Shown: positions 50,537 to 60,601, counted from the stretch's first letter. The stretch: DNA of 64,000 nt from Candidatus Latescibacterota bacterium (GCA_965205485.1 OZ242180.1:1376001-1440000), one strand, 5' to 3'. The notes: generated by a model from the sequence alone, not told the origin. Translations and numbers: made by a program.

Positions 50537-51649
50537 TCAGGGCGTGAAAATGAAAATCTTATCCGAAATCGACTCATGAGAATGACTGTCATCACTCCAC
50601 TTCAATCCGCCGGCGATAACAACGCGGCCGTCTTCGAGAGGCGTCACGGTCGCACCGGATCGCCACGGCCCTATGCTGTGCCCTGTAGGCGGCGAAAATA
50701 CTTGAGTATCCGGATTATACAAGGAGATATTGCCGTTGTCATAGTGGATGAAAAATACCCTGCCGGACGGCAATAGATGGGCGGCCATTGGATTCATTGC
50801 GGAAGTTCCGGCGGCAGAGAAGGTGTTGGTTTCGGGGTCATAGATCTCGGCCGTCTGTACGCGATCCAGGTTTCCGTCGTAGCCGCCGACGATCAGAACC
50901 CGGCCGTCCTGAAGGAGCACTGCCTTATGGTGTACGCGGTCCAACTGAAGGTTACCTGCTTCCGAAAAGGCTTCGGTCGAGGGATCATAGATAAGATTCT
51001 GTCCCAGCAACCATTCCCCTCCGAAAATACTCCCTCCAACGATCAGCACCCGGCCGTCTTTCAACAAAGTCGCCGTATGGCCATACCGGGTAGGATACAT
51101 CCTGAATGTGGCGGAAAACGTTCCCTTGGTGGGGTCGAAGACACCCGCACGTATGAAGCTGGTAAAAAAGACGTCTCCGTTGGGCAGCAGAGTGGCAGTC
51201 TCAGTACCGACTCTCCAGGGCAAGATTGCCATAACGTCGAAACTTCCGGTGTGTGGATCGTACACCTCAATAGAGAAAGTACCAATCCGGGTTATGATCA
51301 GGATCCGGCCGTCGGGAAGCAATACACCGTGTTCTTCTTCTCGACTGGCTGTCAGGTCTCCCGTTGGCGTTGAGGTCCCGGTTTCAGGATCGAAAATCTC
51401 CGCGCTGACGATACCATCGAACTCCAAAACACCGCCTCCGGCAGGAGGAAGCGCCGCGTTACCCCCTGAAATCAGGACTTTGCCACTTTGTAGTAGCGTT
51501 GCGCCGTGCCTATAGCGCGGCTGGCTCATCGTACCGACCTCGCGGAGTCCCCTCTCACGGTCCGGCTGCTCCGGCGTGGTCACCGAGTCGCTCCCGCAAG
51601 CCCACAGGCTTGAGACGATAAAGAACGCAATCGCGATTCGGGCGGGCAT
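50537..51649 (-). CDS. Kelch-repeat lipoprotein K3
   Basis: Start MPARIAI; lipobox SLWAC. Confidence 0.88.
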   Translation of the reverse strand: MPARIAIAFFIVSSLWACGSDSVTTPEQPDRERGLREVGTMSQPRYRHGATLLQSGKVLISGGNAALPPAGGGVLEFDGIVSAEIFDPETGTSTPTGDLTASREEEHGVLLPDGRILIITRIGTFSIEVYDPHTGSFDVMAILPWRVGTETATLLPNGDVFFTSFIRAGVFDPTKGTFSATFRMYPTRYGHTATLLKDGRVLIVGGSIFGGEWLLGQNLIYDPSTEAFSEAGNLQLDRVHHKAVLLQDGRVLIVGGYDGNLDRVQTAEIYDPETNTFSAAGTSAMNPMAAHLLPSGRVFFIHYDNGNISLYNPDTQVFSPPTGHSIGPWRSGATVTPLEDGRVVIAGGLKWSDDSHSHESISDKIFIFTP

Positions 51650-51660
51650 TTTGCGTCTCC

Positions 51661-52788
51661 CTAAGGCGTGAAAATTAAGATCTGATCCGTAATCGACTCC
51701 CAATCGTGATTGTCATCCCTCCACTTGATTCCGCCGGCGACCATCACGCGGCCGTCTTCAAGGAGCGTGGCCGTAGCGAAAGACCTGCGCGGGCTGATGC
51801 TGTATCCGGAATTGGAAAATGCGTGCGTGACGGGATCATACAGTACGATATCGCCGTTGTACGAGCGGATGAGAAGCACGTCGCCGGACGGCAGCAGCAG
51901 GGCGGCACTGGGATCGATCGTTGAGACGCCGGCCGGTGAAAAGGTATTGGCTTCCGGGTCGTAGATCTCCGCCGTCTGCACGAATGGCCCTCTGCCGGCG
52001 CCGCCGCCGCCTATGATCAGGACCCTACCGTCCTCCAGTAGCACCGCCTTATGATTCCTGCGGTCGAACTGCAAGTTGCCTGCTTCCGAAAGGGCTTCGG
52101 TCGAGGGATCATAGATAAGATTCCGTCCCAGCAACCCTGCGTCCCGTCCAACATTCTGTCCTCCAACGATCAACACCCTGCCGTCCTTCAACAAAGTGGC
52201 CGTATGGCCGATTCGGGAAGGATCCATCCTGAGCAAGGGGGAGAATGGGCCTGTCGTCGGGTCGAAGACACCCGCGTATAACGTGCTGGTCAAGAAGACC
52301 TTTCCGTCGAGAAGCAGAGTGGCAGTAAGAATCCCAATTCTCCCAGGCAAAACTGCCACAGGGTTGAATCTGCCGGAATGAGCATCGTACCTCTCAATGG
52401 GGAGATTGGGATTTCCGGGTATGATCAGGACCCGGCCGTCGGGAAGCAATATTCCGTGGTCCTCGCTGCGACTTGCGGCCAGGTCTCCCGTTGGCGTTGA
52501 GGTCCCGGTTTCAGGGTCGAATATTTCCGCGCTGATGAGACGCTTCGGCTGGGGAATGGGGGTATCCGGGGGAGGCGGCCCCTCGAGTACGACAGGCAGT
52601 TCCTCGAGGCCGCCCGCGATCAGGACCTTGCCGTTCTGCAACAAAGTCGCGGCATGCCAATACCGGGGCTGGCTCAGATTGCCGACCTCGTGGAGACCCC
52701 GTTCAAGGTCCGGCATCGTCGACGAATCGCCCCCGCAGGCCGAGAAGCTACATAGGATGAACAGCGCAAACAAGATCCTGGCGGTCAT
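51661..52788 (-). CDS. Kelch-repeat lipoprotein K4
   Basis: Lipobox SFSAC; same repeat architecture. Confidence 0.88.
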   Translation of the reverse strand: MTARILFALFILCSFSACGGDSSTMPDLERGLHEVGNLSQPRYWHAATLLQNGKVLIAGGLEELPVVLEGPPPPDTPIPQPKRLISAEIFDPETGTSTPTGDLAASRSEDHGILLPDGRVLIIPGNPNLPIERYDAHSGRFNPVAVLPGRIGILTATLLLDGKVFLTSTLYAGVFDPTTGPFSPLLRMDPSRIGHTATLLKDGRVLIVGGQNVGRDAGLLGRNLIYDPSTEALSEAGNLQFDRRNHKAVLLEDGRVLIIGGGGAGRGPFVQTAEIYDPEANTFSPAGVSTIDPSAALLLPSGDVLLIRSYNGDIVLYDPVTHAFSNSGYSISPRRSFATATLLEDGRVMVAGGIKWRDDNHDWESITDQILIFTP

Positions 52789-52834
52789 CTACTTATCCCT
52801 CAGTTGGAGATGAACTGACATCCTCCCACAACAC

Positions 52835-53260
52835 GAGAAGGGAAGCGGCTGTGCTGCATTTCAGTTTGAACCGAGTGTCAGACGCTCAAGCCCGTTCCCA
52901 TGCCGCAGTAGATCCTTCGTCAACCTGGGTGACCCTTCGACAAGCTTGCTTCGACAGGCTCAGCACAAGCAGGGCAAGTCCTCTGCACGACAATCTGATT
53001 TCATGTGAATGAAACAAGAAGTGATTCCTGGACGTTGCGCCCAGGCCTCCTCTGGATGACAGCGGGAAGCATCGTGTTTGACGATCGGCCAGCCTGTCAT
53101 TCAGAGCGGAGCGAAGATCTGACCGATACATTTCGCCAATGGTTATTGCAAGACCCGTCATTCTGAGCGCAGCGAAGAATCTCCCGTCTTCGCGATTCTT
53201 CCAACGCGAACGCTGAAACAGAGTAATCACATTTGCGCGGACGCTTTGCAAGCCTCAAGT
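52835..53260. repeat. Second copy of the intergenic module with nested repeats
   Basis: Matches 47548-47750 on both sides of a ~215 bp insert. Confidence 0.75.
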
Positions 53261-53295
53261 CATCCTCAGCATGAGAGTTCGGTCAGCGGTAACTC

Positions 53296-54414
53296 TCAGG
53301 GCGTGAAAATGAAAATCTTATCCGAAATGGACTCCCAATTGTGACTGTCATCCGCCGTCTTCATTCCGCCGGCGATTACGACGCGGCCGTCATCGAGGGG
53401 CGTTACCGTCGCCCCGTATCGCCACGGCCCAATGCTGTGTCCCGTTGGTGAAAAGACCTGAGTATCCGGATTATAAAGGGAGATATTACCGTTGTCTGAA
53501 TGAATGAAAAATACCCTGCCGGACGGCAGCAGCAGGGCGGCCAACGGATGCATTGCGGAAGTTCCGGCGGGCGAGAAGGTGTCTGTTTCGGGATCGTAGA
53601 TCTCGGCCGTCTGTACGCGAGGCCCGTCTCCGACGTGGCCGCCGACGATCAGCACCCTGCCGTCCTGAAGGAGCACCGCCTTGTGGTGTGCACGGTCGAA
53701 CTGCAGGTCGCCTGCTCTTGAAAAGGCTTCGGATGAGGGATCGTAGATCAGATTCCGTCCCGTCAACTCGACTCCCCTGCGGGCTCCTCCAACGATCAGC
53801 ACGCGGCCGTCCTTCAGCAAAGTGGCCGTATGGCCATATCCGGGATGGTCCATCGCGAATGTGTCGGAAAGTGTGCCTGAAGCGGGATCGAGGACACGTG
53901 CGCGACCCGCGGATGACCCTCCGATTAAAAGGACCTCTCCGTTGGGCAACAGGGTGGCAGTACTCGTTCCATTTGACCACGGCGCGTTTGCCGCGGCGAC
54001 GAATCTACCGGAGTGGGGGTCGTACATCTCAATGGGGAGTCTATAAAAATTGGATATCATCAGGACCCGGCCGTCAGGAAGCAATATGCCGTGGTCGTCC
54101 CATCGACTGGCGGTCATGTCTCCCGTTGGTGTTGAGACCCCGGTTTCAGGATCGAAAACCTCCGCGCTGACAAGACCGTTGGGCATGAAGGGTACTCCAA
54201 TTTCAATAGGAGGCATTTCCGCGTTGCCCCCCGCGATCAGGACCTTGCCACTTTCCAAAAGCGTCGCGGCGTGCTCATAGCGCGGCCGCGTCATCGCGCC
54301 GACCTCGTGGAGACCCCTTTCAAGGGTCGGCGGCTCCGGTGCCGTCACCGAGTCGCTCCCGCAAGCCCAGAAGCTTGAGATCCCCAACAATGCTATTGCG
54401 ATTCGGGCTGTCAT
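53296..54414 (-). CDS. Kelch-repeat lipoprotein K5
   Basis: Lipobox SFWAC. Confidence 0.88.
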   Translation of the reverse strand: MTARIAIALLGISSFWACGSDSVTAPEPPTLERGLHEVGAMTRPRYEHAATLLESGKVLIAGGNAEMPPIEIGVPFMPNGLVSAEVFDPETGVSTPTGDMTASRWDDHGILLPDGRVLMISNFYRLPIEMYDPHSGRFVAAANAPWSNGTSTATLLPNGEVLLIGGSSAGRARVLDPASGTLSDTFAMDHPGYGHTATLLKDGRVLIVGGARRGVELTGRNLIYDPSSEAFSRAGDLQFDRAHHKAVLLQDGRVLIVGGHVGDGPRVQTAEIYDPETDTFSPAGTSAMHPLAALLLPSGRVFFIHSDNGNISLYNPDTQVFSPTGHSIGPWRYGATVTPLDDGRVVIAGGMKTADDSHNWESISDKIFIFTP

Positions 54415-54545
54415 CTTCTTCCTCCATTTCTATTGTCTTTCCGTGAGTCTTCTACGAGAGGCGCCTGGCGAAGCGGGCAGACAGGAATGTCCGCCCCACC
54501 TTCAAACCGGCTTCCTGAATATGACAATGTCGGTACCCTTATCCC

Positions 54546-55624
54546 CTACGGGGTAAATATTAGAATCTGATCCGACATCTCCCGCTCATCCCCACTTTGC
54601 GCGACGCTGTCCTGTACTTCCAGCCGCCGGCAATCATTACCCGGTTGTCTTCAAGGAGCGTAACCGACGCACTGCTTCGCCACGGTCCTATGCTGTGTCC
54701 TGTAGGAGAAAATTCCTGTGTCGCCGGATTGTAGAGTACAATATTGCCGTTGGGCACGTGGATGAGCAACACTCTGCCTGAGGGAAGCAACAGTGCCGCG
54801 AGGGGCCAAATCGCGGACACTCCGGCCGGCGAGAACGTGTCTGTTTCGGGGTCGTACATCTCCGCAAGATTTGCATGCTCTGAACCGGTATTGCCGCCAA
54901 CGATCAGGACCCTGCCGTTCGTAAGGAGTACGGCAGTATGGCCCCAGCGGTCGACCTGCAGATGACCGGCTTCCGTAAACCCACTCGACGAGGGATCGTA
55001 GATCAGATTCCGTCCGGTCAACTCGCTATCTACCATGCTCCCGCCGACGATCAATACGCGGCCGTCCTTCAGAAGTGTCGACGAATGGTTTTTTCGTGTC
55101 TTCTCCATCGCAACTATTTGGGAGAAGGCGCCCGCAGCAGGGTCGAAGAGCGCCGCGTGCTGCTGGGTCGTCACGAATATTCTGCCGCTTTGAAGCAGAT
55201 TTGCGGTGGTAATGGGCGGATACCAGGGTATTTTCGCCAGGGAAACGAACCGAGCGGAATGAGGATCGTAGATCTCAACGGGAAAATCATGATATCTGGG
55301 CATGACCAGGATGCGACCGTCGGGAAGCAGGATACCCTTATCCGTGGACCGACTGACGGTCATATTTCCAGTTGGCGAAGAGGTCCCTGTCAATGGATCG
55401 AATATTTCGGCGCTGATGCGACGGGTTGAGAGCGGTTCCTTGTATCCGCCCCCGATCAGGACCTTGCCATTCTGCATCAACGTCGCGAAATGTTGAATAC
55501 GAGGCTGGGTCATGATACCGACCTCGTGGAGACCCCGTTCAAGGTCCGGGGACGTCACCGAATCGCGCCCGCAGGCCCAGAGGGCTGAGACGACAAACAT
55601 CCCAATCGCGATTCTGGCAGTCAT
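54546..55624 (-). CDS. Kelch-repeat lipoprotein K6 (1-bp deletion near the 3' end)
   Basis: Lipobox ALWAC; family C-terminus SDQILIFTP* lies in a shifted frame ending at 54546. Confidence 0.8.
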
Positions 55625-55726
55625 CTTCATTCCACCAAATCTAGGGTATTTGAGTGCAACGTCGACACGTTGGGCCTTGCGATGCTGGCAGACAGGAATG
55701 TCCGCTCCACCCTCGAACCGGCTTCT

Positions 55727-56383
55727 TCACTGTTCGGGTTGGGATCCGGTCCTGCCGTTCTCGTTGCTGACGTCGATCGGGGAGTATATCCTGAATCCTG
55801 TCGAGCCGTTTTTCCGTCTCTCATCGCGCGATGGCTCGCTCCGATCCACCGGATCCATCGGCGTGCCGTTTCCCGCCCTTGCCGACTCTACCGTTTCCTG
55901 TAAGCCGTTGCGGCGCGAGCGAAGGCCCTCCAGGTAATCCATGAATAGATCGAGCATCTCGAACAGGAATGCTTCGTACGTCTTCTTCGCGCCTTCGTCC
56001 GCGGACCCTTCGTGCCGCGCCTTTTCGGTCACGTCGTTGAGACCGTTCCTGATCTGGCGCGCCAGGCGTTCGGTGGCGTCTGCGGAGGACGACTCCGGTG
56101 CGAAATCAATCGATACCAGCATATTGAAGGCACGGGAATACATCGCGAGATCCTCCAGCTTGAGCCGGTCGTTGCTGCTGTTTTCGATTCTCGAGATCTT
56201 GCTCTGTGTGCAGCCGGCCCGTTCCGCCAGTTCCTCCTGCGTCAATTTCTGAGAGCAACGCAGGTCGGATAAAGCCCGGGACACATCGTAATCTCCTGCG
56301 CGACCTTCCACTTTGTTGTCAAGTGTCTCTACCTTCGCGGCGCCGGACACCATTTCGGACACCGATGATTCACGGTTTTCCAT
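55727..56383 (-). CDS. XRE-family HTH transcriptional regulator
   Basis: LTQEELAERAGCTQSKISRIEN; start 56383 (RBS) or 56434. Confidence 0.82.
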   Translation of the reverse strand: MENRESSVSEMVSGAAKVETLDNKVEGRAGDYDVSRALSDLRCSQKLTQEELAERAGCTQSKISRIENSSNDRLKLEDLAMYSRAFNMLVSIDFAPESSSADATERLARQIRNGLNDVTEKARHEGSADEGAKKTYEAFLFEMLDLFMDYLEGLRSRRNGLQETVESARAGNGTPMDPVDRSEPSRDERRKNGSTGFRIYSPIDVSNENGRTGSQPEQ

Positions 56384-56672
56384 CCCGACGTTCCCTCCTC
56401 GAACTGTTGAAACGTACTCGGTAGATCTGTTCATTCGTTTGCTGAACGGCCTGGAAACCGAAAACCATGGTTCAAAGTCATTCAGGCCCCAAAATGGCAG
56501 TTTTCGGCGTGAAGTTATTTAATATCGAGATAATTGTTGTCAAATTACCAGAATTCTATGCAAATATAAGATAATTTAGAGGTGCTGCAATTGGTCTTTG
56601 TGGTGCAACATTGACAGACCAGGCGATTTGGCCTGCCGTTTGCTCATATAACTCAGCAAGACGGTAATTAAC

Positions 56673-56701
56673 TTGACAATATATGATCTTTAAGTCATAT
56701 T
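56673..56701 (+). promoter_or_regulatory. TA operon promoter with overlapping palindromic operator
   Basis: TTGACA-17-CATATT; ATATGA-N8-TCATAT at 56681-56700; ATG 8 bp after the -10 with no RBS (likely leaderless). Confidence 0.65.
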
Positions 56702-56709
56702 TTTAAGCC

Positions 56710-57243
56710 ATGGACTGGGAAGTCAGATTCCATCCTGCGTTCGACCCCGAATTCGACGCCTTATCCGACGAAGTGCAGGACGAGTTGCTTGCACAAGCCA
56801 CACTCATTGCGACATTCGGGCCTATTCTTGGGCGACCGAGAGTGGACACGTTGAACGGTTCGCAACACAAGAATATGAAGGAGCTTCGATCTAGAAGCTG
56901 TCTTAAAATTCCCAGCGGTCTTCGCACGGCTGCAAAAGCGCCGGTCGGCGTTGGTCAAACCCACCCGTATAGACAAATATGGGCGGATTTTCCCGCCTTG
57001 ACCGTCACTTTTTCGCTCGCGCTCGGGAACTCACCGGTAATTTTAAAACAGCTTCTTACAGCTGGCGGCGGAGTCTGGCGGGTAGCATTTGCCTTTGACA
57101 CTGAACGGAAAGCTGTGTTGCTCGCTGCCGGTGACAAGTCGGGTATAGACGAACGCCGCTTCTACAAACTGCTGATCAGGAAAGCGGACAGACGATTCAA
57201 TGTGGAATTGGAACGGCTCCAAAACAACAGGAGAACAAGATGA
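56710..57243 (+). CDS. RelE/ParE-like (Gp49/DUF891, HigB-type) toxin carrying an in-frame 55-aa MITE insertion
   Basis: GP.LGRP.VDTL.GS.H.NMKELR ... VWRVAFAFD.ERKAVLL.AGDKSG; 122 aa without the insert. Confidence 0.9.
   Translation: MDWEVRFHPAFDPEFDALSDEVQDELLAQATLIATFGPILGRPRVDTLNGSQHKNMKELRSRSCLKIPSGLRTAAKAPVGVGQTHPYRQIWADFPALTVTFSLALGNSPVILKQLLTAGGGVWRVAFAFDTERKAVLLAAGDKSGIDERRFYKLLIRKADRRFNVELERLQNNRRTR
56894..57055 (-). mobile_element. MITE family A copy 4 (162 bp) inside the toxin gene
   Basis: Flanks CTA/TTA; net +165 bp keeps the frame. Confidence 0.93.
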
Positions 57244-57578
57244 CGAAACTCACTGAGAGAATCGGCAAGCTGCCTGAAGCGCGACGAAGGAGAGTGGAAG
57301 AACGAGCCCGGGCGCTGATCGCCGAAGAGATGTCACTGCGAGATCTGCGAAAGGCTCGAAAGTGGACGCAGGTACGCGTCGCGAAGGAACTCGGGATCAA
57401 CCAGGAAAACGTATCCCGTATCGAAAAGCGCAGCGATCTGCTGCTTTCCACGCTCAGTGGCTACGTCGAAGCAATGGGAGGCACATTGCGCCTGGTGGCG
57501 GAATTTCCGGACCGACCGCCGATCGCGCTGGCCGGTATTGCGGCCCTGGACAGAGAGGACCTTCCGGAAAAGCCCTAG
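57240..57578 (+). CDS. XRE-family antitoxin (HigA-type)
   Basis: ATGA overlap with toxin; LRDLRKARKWTQ...VSRIEKRSDLLLSTL..YVEAMGG. Confidence 0.9.
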   Translation: MTKLTERIGKLPEARRRRVEERARALIAEEMSLRDLRKARKWTQVRVAKELGINQENVSRIEKRSDLLLSTLSGYVEAMGGTLRLVAEFPDRPPIALAGIAALDREDLPEKP

Positions 57579-57651
57579 GCGTATACGGTTTCGATCTCCA
57601 CAGCGATCCAGACGTGGCAGACAAGCCATTGCCGATCATCCGACCTCCACC

Positions 57652-59220
57652 CTACAGCGTCGATACCGACGCCGACGGAGGACCCTCGTTCGCAGGTCGG
57701 CGGTAGTCCACGGCGGTGATCCGATAGTGAAAGGACCCGGATGCCGCGCCCGGATCCACGTAGCGCGTGGTGACCAGGGGCGTCTCGTTCAGCGGCGCGA
57801 ACGGCCCTTCAGGCCCGGTTGCCCGGTACACGATGTACCCTTTGAGCCCCGTAAGCGCCGTGCCGTCGGCGTCGGTTTCCGGACGGCGCCACGAAATCCG
57901 CACGTCCTTTCCGATGCGTCGCGCTTCGACGTGCAGCGGCGCGCCCGGCGGCCACCTGTCGTAGGCCTGCGTCGGTAATTGCCAGCATCGCGGCTGTCGC
58001 CGCCACGTGAGCAGGCCACGCCTGAATGGAAATTTCCTTTTCGAAGTACGCGGCTATCGATTCCCAGATCCGGTAGTCGTAACCGGCCAGATACAGGAAT
58101 CCCCACCCCCTCCAGCCACGCTCCGCGTCGAGCTTGCTTGCCTCGCCGTCTATGTAGTACCTGAACGACGGCGCCTCCAGGCTGCCGTTCCAGACGTGGC
58201 GGATGAACGTATTGGCCATCCTCTCGAGATCCATCCGCGTGAAACTCAGATCGCTTCGAACCCCCTGCAGCGCCGCCTGGATATCGATAAAGGCATGTCC
58301 GACGTCCTCCATCAGTTCGGGCCAGTGGCTCTCCGGACCGTATTTCCAGGTATAAGCCTCGGCTTCCGGATCGTACAGCAGTGATCGTGGAAGTACCGTA
58401 ACATCTGCTCGCTCTGGTCAGCGTAAAACGGTACGAAACCAGCTTTGTGCGGCTTGTAATACGACGACCTGGAAAGGCGACGGAGCGTAACCAGCGCATC
58501 CGAGAACGACAGGTACATGTTCAGCGGCTGGCGTTTCCATCCGGACCATTCGTATACGTGGTATCCCGCGTCCTCGCCGTAACGGCTGCTGTCGTCCGCC
58601 GTCCACCCCGGGTCCGGCGCCCAGTTGGCGTACCACTTGGCGATCACATCCTCTTCAACAACGCGCAGGTACTCATCCGCTTTGGCCCTGTACGCCGCGT
58701 GCAACGACGGGTCCTCCCAGACCAGTTCCACGAATGCCAGGATCGGGCTGACAATCAATCCATCGTCGGAAAACCATTCGGTATATTCGGGCCTGTACTG
58801 GCTATACCGGTTCTGCCCCCATCCTCCGTATCCGTCGACGTATCGCGGATCGTAGACTTCGTACGGCGGCAAGTCCGAGCGGGCGGTCAGAATGCGATCG
58901 ATTTGTCGTACCAGTTTGTCCAGCCAGACCGGTTCGTTGAACGTCCGGTAGAGGTTCAGGTACATCCGCTGCACGTAGGCCGACGGACCCCACGCGAACG
59001 ACCCTCCGTCGCGGCCATCCAGGTAGTTGTCCCCGTAAGTTCGATCCCACGTTGCAAAAGTCTCGTACCAGTCGGTACTCACGGCGCCCTCGAAAGGGAC
59101 GGCCGGGGGTTTCTTCTCTGACGCGACGGGAACATCTACCCACACGAATACAACGGGCAGGAATGCACAGAGACAGAGGCGTAGCGGATAGGCAGTCGGG
59201 GTATGTGTGTTAATCGCCAT
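57652..59220 (-). pseudogene. Secreted protein with C-terminal fibronectin-III domain, two frameshifts (or sequencing errors)
   Basis: Frames join near 58380 (HDHL-LYDPEAEAYTWKY) and near 57970 (AYDRWPPGAP...GYIVYRA...YRITAVD...EGPPS). Confidence 0.7.
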
Positions 59221-59255
59221 CGGACGATTTGTCGCACGGTGTACCGAAGAAAGGC

Positions 59256-59280
59256 GGGCGCCCACAAGGGACGCCCCTAC
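59256..59280 (-). repeat. GTAG-type REP palindrome
   Basis: Identical to 21828-21852. Confidence 0.85.
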
Positions 59281-59493
59281 AAATGTAACGTCGGTGCAGA
59301 GCCTCTCCCCCCGGCCCCTCAGAACCGGTGAGACGTAAGCCGGAAGAGGGTAGAGATCGAATGCCGTAAAGTGTTTCTTCTCATCCCGCAGGCAAGTCGG
59401 AGGAACAGATCGGCACGGGCTTCTTCTACCGTCTCCCCGCCTTTTTTCCTTTTTCCTTCTTCTTTCTTCCTTTTTCCGTCTCACTGCCTTTTG

Positions 59494-60576
59494 CTACGGC
59501 CGGTATATAAGAATCTGGTCCGTCGCCTGGAGGTCCTTCAAGCCTCCGGCGATCAGCACACGGCCGTCGCGAAGCAGCGTTGTCGTATAAAACACGCGAT
59601 TCTCGCCGATGCTGTCTCCGGTGGGACCGAACGCGCCGGTGGCGGGATCGTAGAGAATGACCTCGCCGCTTTCTCCAATGATAAACACTTCGCCCGATGG
59701 AAGTAACGTGGCCGCGTGAATCGCTTCAAATCCGGGATCCCCTTCTGAGGAAAACGTCCCCGTCGCGGGGTCGTATCGCTCAGCCGCGGTTACCGGCTCT
59801 TCAGACCCCTCGTCGCCGGCGGACCCGCCAATGACGAGCACGCTGCCGTCCTGGAGAAGAATCGCTATGTGATCCTGCCGTTCGTATCTCAGGTCGCCTG
59901 TGCGGGTAAGCGTATTGGTCAACGGATCGTAGATTTCGGATTCTTTCACGATGCCCGAGGCATTGACGCCGCCAACGATGAGGACCCGCCCATCCCGCAG
60001 CAAGGTCGCCGTATGCCCCGCGCGAATAGCAACCGTTCCGGGGAGCGACGTAAATTCCCGCGTATCGGGGTCAAAGATGGCAACGCCCAACGAGTAATAC
60101 GTCAGGACCTTCCCATTGGGCAGTAACGTAATTGACCATATTCTCGCGAATGCCGGTAGATAGGGCTCTGGCGTGAACCGCCCGGTTTGCGGATCGAAAA
60201 ATTCCAGAGGCGCCTGATCCGCGCCCGCGAGAAGGACCCGGCCGTCCGGCATTAAGATTCCCATGTCGAGTGTTCGCGGCAGCGACAGATTGCCCCGTAT
60301 GCTCGAGGCCCCCGTTTCCGGATCGAATACTTCCGAACTGGTACGAAAAAGGGACGTCGACACCTGACCCGCGCTCGCCGTCGCGGCGCCTCCGGTGATC
60401 AGGACGGTTCCGTCCTGCAGCAACACCGACGCGTGCCAGAACCGCCTTTCCGTCATTTTACCGGCGACTTCAAAACCGATGAGATCGCTCGTCGCCTCCG
60501 GAGACGTCGGCACGGGCGAACCGCAGCCCATCAGGCTCGCGACAATTGCCAGTGCGGAAATCATCCTGACGGTCAT
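59494..60576 (-). CDS. Kelch-repeat lipoprotein K7 (divergent, detached from the array)
   Basis: Lipobox SLMGC; same blades, ends TDQILIYRP. Confidence 0.88.
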   Translation of the reverse strand: MTVRMISALAIVASLMGCGSPVPTSPEATSDLIGFEVAGKMTERRFWHASVLLQDGTVLITGGAATASAGQVSTSLFRTSSEVFDPETGASSIRGNLSLPRTLDMGILMPDGRVLLAGADQAPLEFFDPQTGRFTPEPYLPAFARIWSITLLPNGKVLTYYSLGVAIFDPDTREFTSLPGTVAIRAGHTATLLRDGRVLIVGGVNASGIVKESEIYDPLTNTLTRTGDLRYERQDHIAILLQDGSVLVIGGSAGDEGSEEPVTAAERYDPATGTFSSEGDPGFEAIHAATLLPSGEVFIIGESGEVILYDPATGAFGPTGDSIGENRVFYTTTLLRDGRVLIAGGLKDLQATDQILIYRP

Positions 60577-60601
60577 CGAATGTCCTTCCTCGGCGTCATA
60601 T

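Noticed and set aside
47773..55630. Kelch array as a diversity-generating retroelement target
   Set aside because: No reverse transcriptase or template/variable repeat pair seen; differences are indels and general substitutions, not adenine-specific
47548..55730. Kelch array as integron cassettes
   Set aside because: No integrase and no consistent attC (RYYYAAC...GTTRRRY) boundaries recognised; K3 and K4 are only 11 bp apart
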